A stretch of 64,000 nucleotides of DNA, from assembly GCF_003018235.1 (NCBI RefSeq), contig NZ_CP027437.1; one strand, 5' to 3'. A program made the position numbers and the translations under genes. The notes under the pieces were generated by a model that was not told where the DNA came from, searched no databases, and was given only the letters and a program-made list of their open reading frames with translations. Below are positions 11,832-23,835 of the stretch, piece after piece. How positions within the stretch are numbered: position 1 is the stretch's first letter; each line of letters opens with the position of its first letter. This DNA comes from Escherichia coli. Its GTDB lineage: Bacteria; Pseudomonadota; Gammaproteobacteria; Enterobacterales; Enterobacteriaceae.

Positions 11832-12788
11832 ATGCTACAAAATTGCGCACAATCAAATTGCCGCATTATTCCTAAGAAATTACGCGATATGAAACGTGAA
11901 GAGATTTGCCGCTTGCTGGCGGATAAAGTTAATAAACTGAAAAATAAAGAAAATGAATTGTCAGAGCTGTTGCCCGATGTGCGTTTGTTGTATGGCGAGA
12001 CGCCTTTCGCACGTACACCGGTAATGTACGAGCCTGGCATCATAATTCTCTTTTCCGGGCATAAAATCGGTTATATCAATGAACGCGTGTTTCGTTATGA
12101 TGCCAATGAATACCTGCTGCTGACGGTGCCGTTGCCGTTTGAGTGCGAAACCTATGCCACGTCAGAGGTGCCGCTGGCAGGGTTGCGTCTCAATGTCGAT
12201 ATTTTGCAGTTACAGGAACTGTTGATGGACATTGGCGAAGATGAGCATTTCCAGCCGTCGATGGCAGCCAGCGGGATTAACTCCGCCACGTTATCAGAAG
12301 AGATTTTATGCGCGGCGGAGCGGTTACTCGACGTGATGGAGCGACCACTGGATGCGCGTATTCTCGGCAAACAGATCATCCGTGAAATTCTGTACTACGT
12401 GCTGATCGGACCTTGCGGCGGCGCGTTACTGGCGCTGGTCAGTCGCCAGACTCACTTCAGCCTGATTAGCCGCGTGCTGAAACGGATTGAGAATAAATAC
12501 ACCGAAAACCTGAGCGTCGAGCAACTGGCGGCAGAAGCCAACATGAGCGTATCGGCGTTCCACCATAATTTTAAGTCTGTCACTAGCACCTCGCCGTTGC
12601 AGTATTTGAAGAATTACCGTCTGCATAAGGCGCGGATGATGATTATCCACGACGGCATGAAAGCCAGTGCGGCAGCGATGCGCGTCGGTTACGAAAGCGC
12701 ATCGCAATTTAGCCGTGAGTTTAAACGTTACTTTGGTGTGACGCCGGGGGAAGATGCGGCAAGAATGCGGGCGATGCAGGGGAATTAA
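11832..12788 (+). CDS. yqhC: AraC-family transcriptional activator of yqhD-dkgA
   Basis: 318 aa from internal ATG at 11832; C-terminal AraC HTH; divergent from yqhD. Confidence 0.85.
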   Translation: MLQNCAQSNCRIIPKKLRDMKREEICRLLADKVNKLKNKENELSELLPDVRLLYGETPFARTPVMYEPGIIILFSGHKIGYINERVFRYDANEYLLLTVPLPFECETYATSEVPLAGLRLNVDILQLQELLMDIGEDEHFQPSMAASGINSATLSEEILCAAERLLDVMERPLDARILGKQIIREILYYVLIGPCGGALLALVSRQTHFSLISRVLKRIENKYTENLSVEQLAAEANMSVSAFHHNFKSVTSTSPLQYLKNYRLHKARMMIIHDGMKASAAAMRVGYESASQFSREFKRYFGVTPGEDAARMRAMQGN

Positions 12789-12792
12789 ATAC

Positions 12793-12816
12793 GTTCCCGG
12801 TACAGCAACCGGGAAC
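12793..12816 (+). terminator. Stem-loop after yqhC (gttcccgg-N8-ccgggaac)
   Basis: 8-bp perfect inverted repeat directly 3' of the yqhC stop. Confidence 0.5.
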
Positions 12817-12834
12817 GGGGAAAATCGTCAGGCG

Positions 12835-13488
12835 TTACAGTATTTTTTTTTTAATCACCACAAACAGCGTGCCTAACAAGCCAGCGGTTAACAAGGCAAT
12901 TGGCAGGATCATCAGGAACGTCATTACCTGATCTTCATGGCGTTTAACGAACGGAATCATACTTAAGGCATAGCCGAAACTGGTTACCACGCTGACCCAC
13001 AGCAATCCGCTTAACCAGTTGAAAAACTGGAAACGGCGGTTTGGCAAACCGGAAATTCCCGCCATGGTTGGCAGCAGCGTACGGACAAATGCAAGAAAAC
13101 GTCCAGCCAGCAGCGCCAACAGACCGTGGCGGTCAAACATGCAGGTGGCGCGCTGGTGATATTTAGCGGGAAGCTGTGCCAGCCAGCCTTTCACCGTTTT
13201 GGTATTCCCTAACCAGCGCCCCTGAATATAACTTAACCAGCAGCCCAGACTTGCTGCGGCGGTCAGAATCGCAATCGTAGGCAGAAAATCCATAACCCCC
13301 TGGGCAATCAATGCGCCAGCCAATATCAACAAGCTGTCGCCTGGCAAAAATGAGGCGGGCAGCAGGCCGTTTTCTAAAAACAGCGTGGCAAACATGACAA
13401 AGTAAACAACGCTAACAATATGAGGATCCGCCAGCGCGGCAAAGTCGTGTTGCCAGAGCGCAGCGATGATATCTTGAATAACAGCCAT
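12835..13488 (-). CDS. yghB: DedA-family inner-membrane protein; C-terminus altered relative to the expected form (see findings)
   Basis: 217-aa ORF ending KKKIL; a 10-nt homopolymer lies at the 3' end and the adjacent frame gives KKKYCNA-stop (219 aa). Confidence 0.85.
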
Positions 13489-13627
13489 GGACTTTCCTGT
13501 GGAACAGCGTTTAAGCCTTTATCTGCCTATTGTACTCCTGAATCGTCCGGGACGCCTTGATCCCGGACGCAACAATTTAAGACTTTTCACAATAAAATGT
13601 CTGCAAAATTGTCCAAAAGTGGCAATG

Positions 13628-14815
13628 TTATACAATTCGCGCAAAACCGGCGTCCAGATCGGCAATCAGATCGTCGACATCTTCCAGACCAATATGCAGG
13701 CGAATCAAGGTCCCGCTAAAATCGATCTCGCCTTGCGGGCGAATGGCGGCGATATGTTCTGGTTGATTTGCCAGGATCAACGATTCATAACCGCCCCACG
13801 AGTAGGCCATGCTGAATAAACTGAAGTTATCCAGATAGTTCGCCAGCTCTTCATCATTGAGCTTTTTCTTAAGCACAAAGGAAAATAGCCCGCTGCTACC
13901 TGTAAAGTCTCGTTTCCAGAATTCGTGGCCTTTACTGCCAGGCAGAGCAGGGTGGTTAACTCGCGCTACTTGCGGATGTTCTGCCAGCCATTTGGCCACT
14001 TTCAGACTGCTTTCATGATGTTGACGCAAACGCACACCTAATGTGCGCAGGCCACGGCTGGTTATATAGGCGGTATCGGCATCGACCATCTGGCCCATCA
14101 GGTAGGCATTCTCCCGTAGTTGCTCCCAGCAACGGGCATTGCACACCGCAGTGCCAATCATCGCATCTGAATGCCCAACCAGATATTTGGTGGCGGCCTG
14201 AATAGAAACATCGATGCCAAAATCCAGCGCCTTAAACAGCACACCGGCTGCCCAGGTGTTGTCGATCATAATGATGGCATCCGGCACCACACTGCGTACG
14301 GCGGCAACAATCGCCGGAACGTCGTGGACTTCCATGGTGATGGATCCTGGGGATTCCAGAAATACGATTTTGGTGTTTGGCTGTAGATACTTAACGATAT
14401 CGGCACCAATCAGCGGATCAAACCATGATGTCGTTACGCCCAGTTTGCTGAGGATTTTGCTACAGAAATCCTGGCTCGGTTCGTAGGCGGTATTGGTCAT
14501 CAACACATGATCGCCCTGTTCAACAAAAGCAAGAATGGAATTGGCAACCGCAGCCGCCCCGCAAGGAAACAGCACGCAACCTGCGCCACCTTCCAGTTCG
14601 CACATCGCTTCTTGTAATGAGAAGTGCGTTAGCGTTCCGCGCCGTCCATAGAACAACTCGCCATTGGCGCGATTGCGCGTCGCATGTTTTTTGGCTTCCA
14701 CACTGTCAAAGACCAGCGAAGAGGCGCGCTGAATCACGCTATTTACCGCGCCGAGAGTGTATTTTTTGCTGCGTCCTGCATTGACCAGTTGAGTATCAAG
14801 TTGTTTGTCTGCCAT
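13628..14815 (-). CDS. metC: Cystathionine beta-lyase (PLP-dependent)
   Basis: 395 aa from ATG at 14815 ([15 protein letters not shown]); PLP-enzyme motifs. Confidence 0.9.
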   Translation of the reverse strand: MADKQLDTQLVNAGRSKKYTLGAVNSVIQRASSLVFDSVEAKKHATRNRANGELFYGRRGTLTHFSLQEAMCELEGGAGCVLFPCGAAAVANSILAFVEQGDHVLMTNTAYEPSQDFCSKILSKLGVTTSWFDPLIGADIVKYLQPNTKIVFLESPGSITMEVHDVPAIVAAVRSVVPDAIIMIDNTWAAGVLFKALDFGIDVSIQAATKYLVGHSDAMIGTAVCNARCWEQLRENAYLMGQMVDADTAYITSRGLRTLGVRLRQHHESSLKVAKWLAEHPQVARVNHPALPGSKGHEFWKRDFTGSSGLFSFVLKKKLNDEELANYLDNFSLFSMAYSWGGYESLILANQPEHIAAIRPQGEIDFSGTLIRLHIGLEDVDDLIADLDAGFARIV

Positions 14816-14833
14816 GTTGGGATTCCTGTTTTT

Positions 14834-14857
14834 ATACGTCTGGATGTCTAAACTAGC
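14834..14857 (-). promoter_or_regulatory. Putative MetJ operator (tandem met boxes) upstream of metC
   Basis: Minus strand reads agacatcc agacgtat, two tandem 8-mers near the AGACGTCT consensus; metC is known to be MetJ-regulated. Confidence 0.45.
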
Positions 14858-14977
14858 ACGAATGAGGTCATGCGCATCCTGAAGAATTGGCATAAAGCAG
14901 AAAAATTTCGCAAAAGGTGTACTGGTGACTTTTTTACTGCGTAAACGCAAAGAAAAGAAAGCAAAGGTACGGCAGTA

Positions 14978-15006
14978 TGCAAATAGTAATGAGAACGACT
15001 ATCAAT
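14978..15006 (+). promoter_or_regulatory. Possible Fur box in the exbB promoter
   Basis: aaatagtaatgagaacgactatc loosely resembles GATAATGATAATCATTATC; exbBD is known to be Fur-regulated. Confidence 0.3.
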
Positions 15007-15066
15007 TCGACGTCGTTTTGATATTATTGTGCGCAGATTTTGTGACTTGCGTCCTGGAGATACACA

Positions 15067-15801
15067 GTGGGTAATAATTTAATGCAGACGGACCTTTCCG
15101 TCTGGGGTATGTATCAGCACGCCGATATTGTTGTTAAGTGCGTGATGATTGGGCTGATTCTGGCCTCCGTAGTCACCTGGGCAATCTTCTTCAGTAAGAG
15201 CGTAGAGTTCTTCAACCAGAAGCGTCGCCTGAAGCGCGAACAGCAACTTCTGGCTGAAGCACGCTCCTTAAACCAGGCCAATGATATCGCCGCTGATTTT
15301 GGTAGCAAAAGCTTAAGCCTGCATTTGCTCAATGAAGCGCAGAATGAGCTGGAACTGTCAGAAGGCAGCGACGATAACGAAGGTATTAAAGAACGTACCA
15401 GCTTCCGTCTGGAGCGTCGGGTCGCCGCAGTAGGTCGTCAAATGGGCCGCGGTAACGGTTATCTGGCAACCATCGGCGCGATTTCGCCGTTCGTTGGTCT
15501 GTTTGGTACGGTCTGGGGCATCATGAACAGCTTTATTGGTATCGCGCAAACGCAGACCACTAACCTGGCAGTCGTTGCGCCGGGTATTGCAGAAGCTCTG
15601 TTAGCAACGGCAATCGGCCTCGTGGCAGCGATTCCGGCGGTCGTTATCTATAACGTATTTGCACGTCAGATTGGCGGCTTTAAAGCGATGCTGGGTGATG
15701 TCGCAGCGCAGGTATTGTTGCTGCAAAGCCGTGACCTGGATCTGGAAGCCAGCGCCGCTGCGCATCCGGTTCGTGTCGCACAAAAATTACGCGCAGGATA
15801 A
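15067..15801 (+). CDS. exbB: Biopolymer transport protein ExbB (TonB energising complex)
   Basis: 244-aa ORF, GTG start, MotA/TolQ/ExbB family. Confidence 0.9.
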   Translation: MGNNLMQTDLSVWGMYQHADIVVKCVMIGLILASVVTWAIFFSKSVEFFNQKRRLKREQQLLAEARSLNQANDIAADFGSKSLSLHLLNEAQNELELSEGSDDNEGIKERTSFRLERRVAAVGRQMGRGNGYLATIGAISPFVGLFGTVWGIMNSFIGIAQTQTTNLAVVAPGIAEALLATAIGLVAAIPAVVIYNVFARQIGGFKAMLGDVAAQVLLLQSRDLDLEASAAAHPVRVAQKLRAG

Positions 15802-15807
15802 TGTCCG

Positions 15808-16233
15808 ATGGCAATGCATCTTAACGAAAACCTCGACGATAACGGCGAAATGCATGATATCAACGTGACGCCGTTTATCGACGTGATGTTGGTTTTGCTG
15901 ATTATCTTTATGGTGGCGGCACCGTTAGCGACGGTAGATGTGAAGGTGAATTTGCCTGCTTCTACCAGCACGCCGCAGCCGCGCCCGGAAAAACCGGTTT
16001 ATCTGTCGGTGAAAGCAGACAACTCGATGTTTATTGGTAACGATCCGGTCACCGATGAAACAATGATTACGGCGTTGAATGCGTTAACCGAAGGCAAGAA
16101 AGACACCACCATCTTCTTCCGAGCGGACAAAACCGTCGATTACGAGACGTTGATGAAGGTAATGGATACGCTGCATCAGGCGGGTTACCTGAAAATAGGT
16201 CTGGTCGGCGAAGAAACTGCGAAAGCGAAATAA
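15808..16233 (+). CDS. exbD: Biopolymer transport protein ExbD
   Basis: 141-aa ORF immediately downstream of exbB. Confidence 0.9.
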   Translation: MAMHLNENLDDNGEMHDINVTPFIDVMLVLLIIFMVAAPLATVDVKVNLPASTSTPQPRPEKPVYLSVKADNSMFIGNDPVTDETMITALNALTEGKKDTTIFFRADKTVDYETLMKVMDTLHQAGYLKIGLVGEETAKAK

Positions 16234-16237
16234 AAAT

Positions 16238-16273
16238 GATGCCCGGTTGCTTTTCACAACCGGGCATTTTTTT
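16238..16273. terminator. Bidirectional rho-independent terminator between exbD and yghA
   Basis: atgcccggttg-N7-caaccgggcat followed by ttttttt. Confidence 0.75.
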
Positions 16274-17156
16274 AACCTAAATGCTCGCCGCCGCAGACAC
16301 CGTGCACTTCTGCGGTGACGTAGCTCGACTCCTGACTTGCCAGGTAAACATATACAGGGGCCAGTTCCGCCGGTTGCCCCGCACGCTTCATCGGCGTTTT
16401 CTGACCAAACTGCGGGATCTTATCCTGCGTCTGTCCGCCGGAAATTTGCAGTGCTGTCCAGATCGGCCCTGGCGCAACAATATTCACCCGAATACCTTTC
16501 TCTGCGACCTGTTTTGCCAGGCCACGGCTGTAGTTCAGAATCGCCGCCTTCGTAGCCGCATAGTCCAGTAAATGCGGGCTTGGCTGGTATGCCTGGATTG
16601 ACGAAGTGGTGATGATACTGGCACCTTTCGGTAGCAGGGGGATCGCTTCCTGGGTTAGCCAGAACAGCGCGAAAACGTTAATGGCAAAGGTCTTTTGAAA
16701 CTGTTCGCTGGTGAGGTCTGCAATATCAGGAATGGCAACCTGTTTCCCGGCGACCAGCACCATAATATCCAGCCCGCCTAACGCCTTGTGCGCTTCGTGA
16801 ACCAGCGAACGGGCGAATTTCTCATCGCTTAAATCGCCTGGCAGCAGGACGGCTTTGCGTCCGCATTCTTCAATGATCTTTTTCACATCCTGAGCGTCTT
16901 CTTCTTCCACGGGAAGATAACTGATCGCCACGTCAGCCCCTTCACGCGCGTAAGCAATGGCGGCAGCGCGACCGATTCCGGAATCGCCCCCTGTCACCAG
17001 GGCTTTACGATCTTTCAGGCGACCGCTACCAACATAGGTTTTCTCGCCGCAATCCGGCACCGGTGTCATTTTCGCCTGGATGCCTGGCGTCGGTTGTTTC
17101 TGTTTGGGATATTCACCAGTGTAATACTGCGTGGTCGGGTCTTTTAAATGAGACAT
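16272..17156 (-). CDS. yghA: NAD(P)-dependent short-chain dehydrogenase/reductase
   Basis: About 294 aa; SDR glycine motif TGGDSGIG. Confidence 0.85.
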   Translation of the reverse strand: MSHLKDPTTQYYTGEYPKQKQPTPGIQAKMTPVPDCGEKTYVGSGRLKDRKALVTGGDSGIGRAAAIAYAREGADVAISYLPVEEEDAQDVKKIIEECGRKAVLLPGDLSDEKFARSLVHEAHKALGGLDIMVLVAGKQVAIPDIADLTSEQFQKTFAINVFALFWLTQEAIPLLPKGASIITTSSIQAYQPSPHLLDYAATKAAILNYSRGLAKQVAEKGIRVNIVAPGPIWTALQISGGQTQDKIPQFGQKTPMKRAGQPAELAPVYVYLASQESSYVTAEVHGVCGGEHLG

Positions 17157-17277
17157 CATTTTTCTCCCTTCAGGTTCAACGTCCTTTAAGGGTAGACGCT
17201 CTCGATGCGTTGATAAGGGAACCAGGAAGATCCCTAACCCTCAGAATTATGCGACAAAGGTTTAACGGATATGTTGA

Positions 17278-17841
<564 letters not shown>

Positions 17842-17849
17842 TCTGATTC

Positions 17850-17868
17850 GGGCGCGGTTCTCGCGCCC
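17850..17868. terminator. Stem-loop between convergent yqhA and yghZ (gggcgcg-gttct-cgcgccc)
   Basis: 7-bp GC-rich perfect stem. Confidence 0.5.
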
Positions 17869-17880
17869 GTTATTAACAGA

Positions 17881-18921
17881 TCATTTATCGGAAGACGCCT
17901 GCCACAGATTCAGCTCGCCATCGGCGATATGCTGATCAATCTGCGCCAGCTCCTCGGTGCTAAATGTCAGATTATTCAGCGCCTGCACGTTCTCCTCAAG
18001 TTGCTCCGCGCGGCTGGCACCAATCAATACCGACGTCACGCGATCATCTTTCAGCAACCAGCTTAACGCCATTTGCGCCATTGATTGTCCACGTTGCTGT
18101 GCCATTTCATTTAATAACCGCAGGCTGTTGAGGTTGGCTTCGGTGAGCATTTTCGGCGTCAGACCACGAACTTTATTCCCTTCACGATGCATCCGTGAAT
18201 CTTGCGGAATGCCGTTGAGATATTTCCCGGTCAGCAATCCCTGAGCCAGAGGAGTAAAGGCAATGCAGCCCACGCCGTTATTTTGCAGGGTATCCAGCAG
18301 GCCGCTTTTATCCACCCAGCGGTTCAGTAAATTGTAAGAAGGTTGATGAATTAACAGCGGAATTTTCCACTCGCGCAGTAACTCGACCATTTTTTGCGTC
18401 CGCTCTGGCGAGTAAGAGGAGATCCCGACATACAGCGCCTTACCGCTTTGTACCGCATGGGCCAGCGCAGAGGCGGTTTCTTCCATCGGCGTATTTTCAT
18501 CGACGCGATGAGAGTAAAAGATATCGACATACTCAAGCCCCATACGCTTCAGGCTTTGGTCGAGGCTGGCGAGCAGGTATTTACGTGAACCGCCAGAGCC
18601 GTAAGGGCCGGGCCACATATCGTAGCCAGCCTTGGTAGAGATAATCAGTTCATCGCGATAAGCGGCAAAATCCTCCCGCAGCAGGCGACCAAAGTTCTCT
18701 TCTGCGCTTCCTGGAGGCGGCCCGTAATTGTTGGCTAAATCAAAGTGCGTAATGCCTAAATCAAACGCTTTACGCAGGATCGCACGCTGTGATTCCAGCG
18801 CGTTAACGTGACCGAAATTGTGCCATAAACCGAGCGATAACGCGGGCAGGCGTAAACCGCTTTTTCCGCAATAACGGTACTGCATCTGCCCGTAACGCTC
18901 GGGATTCGCTAACCAGACCAT
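17881..18921 (-). CDS. gpr: L-glyceraldehyde-3-phosphate reductase (aldo-keto reductase)
   Basis: 346-aa ORF of the AKR family (yghZ). Confidence 0.85.
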   Translation of the reverse strand: MVWLANPERYGQMQYRYCGKSGLRLPALSLGLWHNFGHVNALESQRAILRKAFDLGITHFDLANNYGPPPGSAEENFGRLLREDFAAYRDELIISTKAGYDMWPGPYGSGGSRKYLLASLDQSLKRMGLEYVDIFYSHRVDENTPMEETASALAHAVQSGKALYVGISSYSPERTQKMVELLREWKIPLLIHQPSYNLLNRWVDKSGLLDTLQNNGVGCIAFTPLAQGLLTGKYLNGIPQDSRMHREGNKVRGLTPKMLTEANLNSLRLLNEMAQQRGQSMAQMALSWLLKDDRVTSVLIGASRAEQLEENVQALNNLTFSTEELAQIDQHIADGELNLWQASSDK

Positions 18922-19074
18922 GACCTCTCCTTTCCACCGTTCAATTTCGAAACAATGTTTCTAGTTTAGCGATTCATCAGCGCGTATCCCGTAGTCTGGC
19001 TCACAGAGTGACGAAAAACTGGGCAAAAACACGTGCTTATGCTTTGCTTAAAAAAACACCAATTGAGGAGTGCA

Positions 19075-19965
19075 ATGATGCCGCGTCTGACCGCTAAAGA
19101 TTTCCCACAAGAGTTGCTGGATTACTACGACTATTACGCTCACGGGAAAATTTCGAAACGTGAGTTCCTCAACCTTGCGGCGAAGTATGCGGTAGGCGGG
19201 ATGACGGCATTAGCGTTGTTTGATTTGCTCAAGCCAAATTATGCGCTGGCGACTCAGGTAGAGTTTACCGACCCGGAAATTGTTGCTGAGTACATCACGT
19301 ATTCTTCACCAAATGGTCACGGCGAGGTGCGGGGTTATCTGGTGAAGCCCGCAAAGATGAGCGGCAAAACGCCAGCCGTAGTGGTGGTGCATGAGAATCG
19401 TGGACTGAATCCGTATATCGAAGATGTGGCACGGCGAGTGGCGAAGGCGGGGTATATCGCCCTGGCACCTGACGGCTTAAGTTCCGTTGGAGGTTATCCG
19501 GGTAATGATGATAAAGGTCGTGAGCTGCAACAGCAGGTTGATCCAACCAAACTGATGAATGATTTCTTTGCCGCAATTGAGTTTATGCAACGCTATCCGC
19601 AAGCGACAGGCAAAGTGGGTATTACCGGATTTTGCTATGGCGGTGGCGTATCGAACGCGGCGGCTGTCGCGTATCCGGAACTGGCCTGCGCGGTGCCGTT
19701 TTATGGTCGACAGGCACCCACCGCCGATGTGGCGAAGATTGAAGCGCCTTTACTGCTGCACTACGCGGAACTGGATACCCGAATCAACGAGGGCTGGCCC
19801 GCTTACGAGGCGGCGTTGAAAGCCAATAATAAGGTCTATGAGGCGTATATCTATCCGGGGGTTAATCACGGATTCCATAATGATTCCACGCCCCGTTATG
19901 ACAAATCTGCCGCCGATCTTGCCTGGCAAAGGACGCTGAAATGGTTCGATAAATATCTCTCCTGA
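19075..19965 (+). CDS. yghX: Dienelactone hydrolase-family protein, intact
   Basis: 296 aa from ATG at 19075, preceded by RBS gaggag; alpha/beta-hydrolase motif GFCYGG. Confidence 0.75.
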   Translation: MMPRLTAKDFPQELLDYYDYYAHGKISKREFLNLAAKYAVGGMTALALFDLLKPNYALATQVEFTDPEIVAEYITYSSPNGHGEVRGYLVKPAKMSGKTPAVVVVHENRGLNPYIEDVARRVAKAGYIALAPDGLSSVGGYPGNDDKGRELQQQVDPTKLMNDFFAAIEFMQRYPQATGKVGITGFCYGGGVSNAAAVAYPELACAVPFYGRQAPTADVAKIEAPLLLHYAELDTRINEGWPAYEAALKANNKVYEAYIYPGVNHGFHNDSTPRYDKSAADLAWQRTLKWFDKYLS

Positions 19966-20046
19966 TAGGTTTATCTCTTACGGGATTACGTCTTAAACAA
20001 GCATGAAAAAATAGCGTGCGCAAAAGTCGTTCTTTGCCTAAAATAT

Positions 20047-20070
20047 CGCTATATATGGCAATATATAGCG
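20047..20070. promoter_or_regulatory. Perfect 24-bp palindrome (cgctatatat-ggca-atatatagcg) 14 bp upstream of yghW
   Basis: 10-bp arms with a 4-bp spacer read directly; the location suggests an operator. Confidence 0.4.
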
Positions 20071-20083
20071 AATGAGGTGAACG

Positions 20084-20371
20084 ATGAATAACCATTTTGG
20101 TAAAGGCTTAATGGCGGGATTAAAAGCAACGCATGCCGACAGTGCGGTTAATGTGACAAAATACTGTGCCGATTATAAACGCGGTTTTGTATTAGGCTAC
20201 TCACACCGGATGTACGAAAAGACCGGAGATCGCCAGCTTAGCGCCTGGGAAGCGGGTATTCTGACGCGCCGCTATGGACTGGATAAAGAGATGGTAATGG
20301 ATTTCTTTCGTGAGAATAATTCCTGTTCTACGTTGCGCTTTTTTATGGCCGGTTATCGCCTCGAAAATTGA
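20084..20371 (+). CDS. yghW: Small protein of unknown function (DUF2623-like)
   Basis: 95-aa ORF; position between yghX and hybO. Confidence 0.7.
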   Translation: MNNHFGKGLMAGLKATHADSAVNVTKYCADYKRGFVLGYSHRMYEKTGDRQLSAWEAGILTRRYGLDKEMVMDFFRENNSCSTLRFFMAGYRLEN

Positions 20372-20559
20372 TCAAACATACGTATTATCTTGCTTTAATT
20401 AATTACACTAATGCTTCTTCCCTTCGTTTTAGCGCCCCGCCGCAGTATCATGATATCGATAACCATAATAAATGTGTGGTAAATGGCGCATCGATCGCAT
20501 TATTGATTTTGCGATTGAGGCAAAATATATGCCAGGTCTTCGCAACGGAATAACTATAA

Positions 20560-21678
20560 ATGACTGGAGATAACACCCTCATCCATTCTCACGGCATTAA
20601 CCGTCGTGATTTCATGAAGCTTTGTGCAGCATTAGCCGCCACCATGGGGTTAAGTAGCAAAGCCGCGGCAGAGATGGCCGAATCGGTTACTAACCCGCAG
20701 CGTCCGCCAGTTATCTGGATTGGCGCGCAGGAGTGTACCGGTTGTACGGAATCTCTGCTTCGTGCAACGCATCCAACGGTAGAAAACCTCGTGCTGGAGA
20801 CTATCTCTCTGGAATATCACGAAGTGCTTTCCGCCGCCTTCGGTCATCAGGTCGAAGAGAACAAACATAACGCTCTCGAGAAGTACAAAGGGCAGTATGT
20901 GTTAGTGGTGGATGGTTCCATCCCATTAAAAGATAATGGTATTTATTGCATGGTTGCCGGTGAGCCGATTGTGGATCACATCCGCAAAGCGGCGGAAGGC
21001 GCAGCAGCCATTATCGCTATCGGTTCCTGCTCTGCGTGGGGCGGTGTTGCCGCGGCTGGGGTTAACCCAACTGGCGCAGTCAGCCTGCAAGAAGTTCTGC
21101 CTGGCAAAACCGTTATCAACATTCCGGGCTGCCCGCCGAACCCGCACAACTTCCTCGCGACCGTTGCGCACATTATCACTTACGGCAAGCCGCCGAAACT
21201 GGATGACAAAAACCGTCCGACCTTCGCCTATGGCCGTCTGATTCACGAACACTGTGAACGTCGCCCGCACTTCGATGCTGGTCGCTTTGCGAAAGAGTTC
21301 GGCGACGAAGGCCACCGTGAAGGCTGGTGCCTGTACCACCTCGGCTGTAAAGGGCCAGAAACTTACGGCAACTGCTCAACGCTGCAATTCTGCGACGTTG
21401 GCGGCGTGTGGCCGGTGGCGATTGGTCACCCGTGCTATGGCTGTAACGAAGAAGGTATCGGCTTCCATAAAGGCATCCATCAGCTTGCCAACGTCGAAAA
21501 TCAGACTCCGCGTTCACAGAAACCGGACGTTAACGCTAAAGAAGGCGGCAACGTCTCTGCGGGCGCTATTGGTTTGCTCGGCGGTGTGGTTGGGCTGGTT
21601 GCCGGTGTCAGCGTGATGGCGGTGCGTGAACTGGGTCGTCAGCAAAAGAAAGATAACGCTGACTCACGGGGAGAATAA
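20560..21678 (+). CDS. hybO: Hydrogenase-2 small subunit (NiFe), Tat signal
   Basis: 372-aa ORF; RRDFMK twin-arginine signal and Cys-rich Fe-S motifs. Confidence 0.95.
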   Translation: MTGDNTLIHSHGINRRDFMKLCAALAATMGLSSKAAAEMAESVTNPQRPPVIWIGAQECTGCTESLLRATHPTVENLVLETISLEYHEVLSAAFGHQVEENKHNALEKYKGQYVLVVDGSIPLKDNGIYCMVAGEPIVDHIRKAAEGAAAIIAIGSCSAWGGVAAAGVNPTGAVSLQEVLPGKTVINIPGCPPNPHNFLATVAHIITYGKPPKLDDKNRPTFAYGRLIHEHCERRPHFDAGRFAKEFGDEGHREGWCLYHLGCKGPETYGNCSTLQFCDVGGVWPVAIGHPCYGCNEEGIGFHKGIHQLANVENQTPRSQKPDVNAKEGGNVSAGAIGLLGGVVGLVAGVSVMAVRELGRQQKKDNADSRGE

Positions 21679-21680
21679 CC

Positions 21681-22667
21681 GTGAACAGACGTAATTTTAT
21701 TAAAGCAGCCTCCTGCGGGGCATTGCTGACGGGCGCGTTGCCGTCTGTCAGTCATGCGGCTGCTGAAAACCGCCCGCCAATTCCGGGATCGCTGGGGATG
21801 TTGTACGACTCGACCTTGTGCGTAGGCTGCCAGGCTTGCGTCACCAAGTGTCAGGATATCAACTTCCCTGAACGTAACCCGCAAGGGGAACAGACCTGGT
21901 CGAACAACGACAAACTGTCGCCGTATACCAATAACATCATTCAGGTGTGGACCAGCGGCACGGGTGTCAACAAAGACCAGGAAGAGAACGGCTACGCGTA
22001 CATTAAGAAACAGTGTATGCACTGCGTCGATCCGAACTGTGTCTCCGTGTGTCCGGTCTCTGCGCTGAAAAAAGATCCGAAAACCGGCATTGTCCATTAC
22101 GACAAAGATGTGTGCACTGGCTGCCGTTACTGCATGGTCGCCTGCCCATACAACGTGCCGAAGTACGACTACAACAACCCATTTGGTGCGCTGCATAAGT
22201 GTGAACTGTGCAACCAGAAAGGTGTGGAACGTCTTGATAAAGGCGGTCTGCCTGGCTGCGTAGAAGTGTGCCCGGCGGGCGCGGTGATTTTTGGTACGCG
22301 TGAAGAGCTGATGGCTGAGGCGAAAAAACGTCTGGCGCTGAAGCCAGGCAGCGAATACCACTATCCGCGTCAGACGCTGAAATCTGGCGACACTTACCTG
22401 CATACGGTGCCGAAATATTATCCGCATCTGTACGGCGAGAAAGAGGGCGGCGGTACTCAGGTTCTGGTACTGACCGGTGTGCCTTACGAAAATCTCGACC
22501 TGCCGAAACTGGACGATCTTTCTACCGGTGCGCGTTCCGAAAATATTCAACACACCCTGTATAAAGGCATGATGCTACCACTGGCTGTGCTGGCGGGCTT
22601 AACCGTGCTGGTTCGTCGCAACACCAAAAACGACCATCACGACGGAGGAGACGATCATGAGTCATGA
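21681..22667 (+). CDS. hybA: Hydrogenase-2 ferredoxin-type Fe-S subunit
   Basis: 328-aa ORF; Tat signal [11 protein letters not shown]; several CxxCxxC motifs. Confidence 0.95.
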
Positions 22668-23835
22668 TCCACAACCGCTGGGCGGCAAAATCATCAGTAA
22701 ACCGGTCATGATTTTTGGACCGTTAATCGTCATCTGTATGCTCCTGATTGTGAAGCGTCTGGTGTTCGGTCTGGGCTCTGTCTCTGACCTGAACGGCGGC
22801 TTCCCGTGGGGCGTGTGGATCGCGTTTGACCTGCTGATTGGCACCGGCTTTGCCTGTGGCGGCTGGGCGCTGGCGTGGGCGGTATACGTCTTTAACCGTG
22901 GGCAATACCATCCGCTGGTGCGTCCGGCGCTGTTGGCGAGTCTGTTTGGTTACTCACTGGGTGGCTTGTCGATCACTATCGACGTGGGTCGCTACTGGAA
23001 CCTGCCGTACTTCTACATTCCGGGTCACTTCAACGTGAACTCGGTACTGTTCGAGACGGCGGTCTGTATGACCATCTATATCGGCGTGATGGCACTGGAG
23101 TTTGCTCCGGCACTGTTTGAACGTCTGGGCTGGAAGGTGTCGCTACAGCGTCTGAACAAGGTGATGTTCTTCATCATTGCACTTGGCGCGCTGCTGCCGA
23201 CTATGCACCAGTCTTCAATGGGGTCGCTGATGATCTCGGCGGGCTACAAGGTGCATCCGCTGTGGCAGAGCTATGAAATGTTGCCGCTGTTCTCGCTGCT
23301 GACGGCGTTCATAATGGGCTTCTCGATTGTCATCTTTGAAGGTTCGCTGGTGCAGGCGGGTCTGCGTGGCAACGGTCCGGATGAAAAGAGTCTGTTCGTT
23401 AAGCTGACCAACACCATCAGTGTGTTGCTGGCGATTTTCATCGTGCTGCGCTTTGGCGAGCTTATCTATCGCGACAAGCTGTCGTTAGCGTTTGCCGGTG
23501 ACTTCTATTCCGTGATGTTCTGGATTGAAGTCCTGCTGATGCTCTTCCCGCTGGTCGTTCTGCGTGTGGCGAAGCTGCGTAATGATTCCCGCATGCTGTT
23601 CCTGTCAGCACTGAGCGCGCTGTTAGGTTGTGCAACCTGGCGTCTGACCTATTCGCTGGTGGCATTCAACCCGGGCGGCGGTTACGCCTACTTCCCGACC
23701 TGGGAAGAACTGTTGATTTCTATTGGTTTTGTGGCTATTGAGATTTGCGCTTACATCGTACTCATTCGTCTACTGCCGATACTTCCTCCTTTAAAACAAA
23801 ACGATCATAATCGTCATGAGGCGAGCAAAGCATGA
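22657..23835 (+). CDS. hybB: Hydrogenase-2 integral membrane subunit
   Basis: 392-aa hydrophobic ORF overlapping the hybA stop. Confidence 0.9.

Noticed and set aside
20368-20553. 61-aa ORF between yghW and hybO
   Set aside because: It occupies the hyb promoter/leader region, has no convincing RBS and no similarity to anything I recognise.
21639-22553. 304-aa ORF antisense to hybA
   Set aside because: Shadow ORF opposite a conserved Fe-S protein gene.
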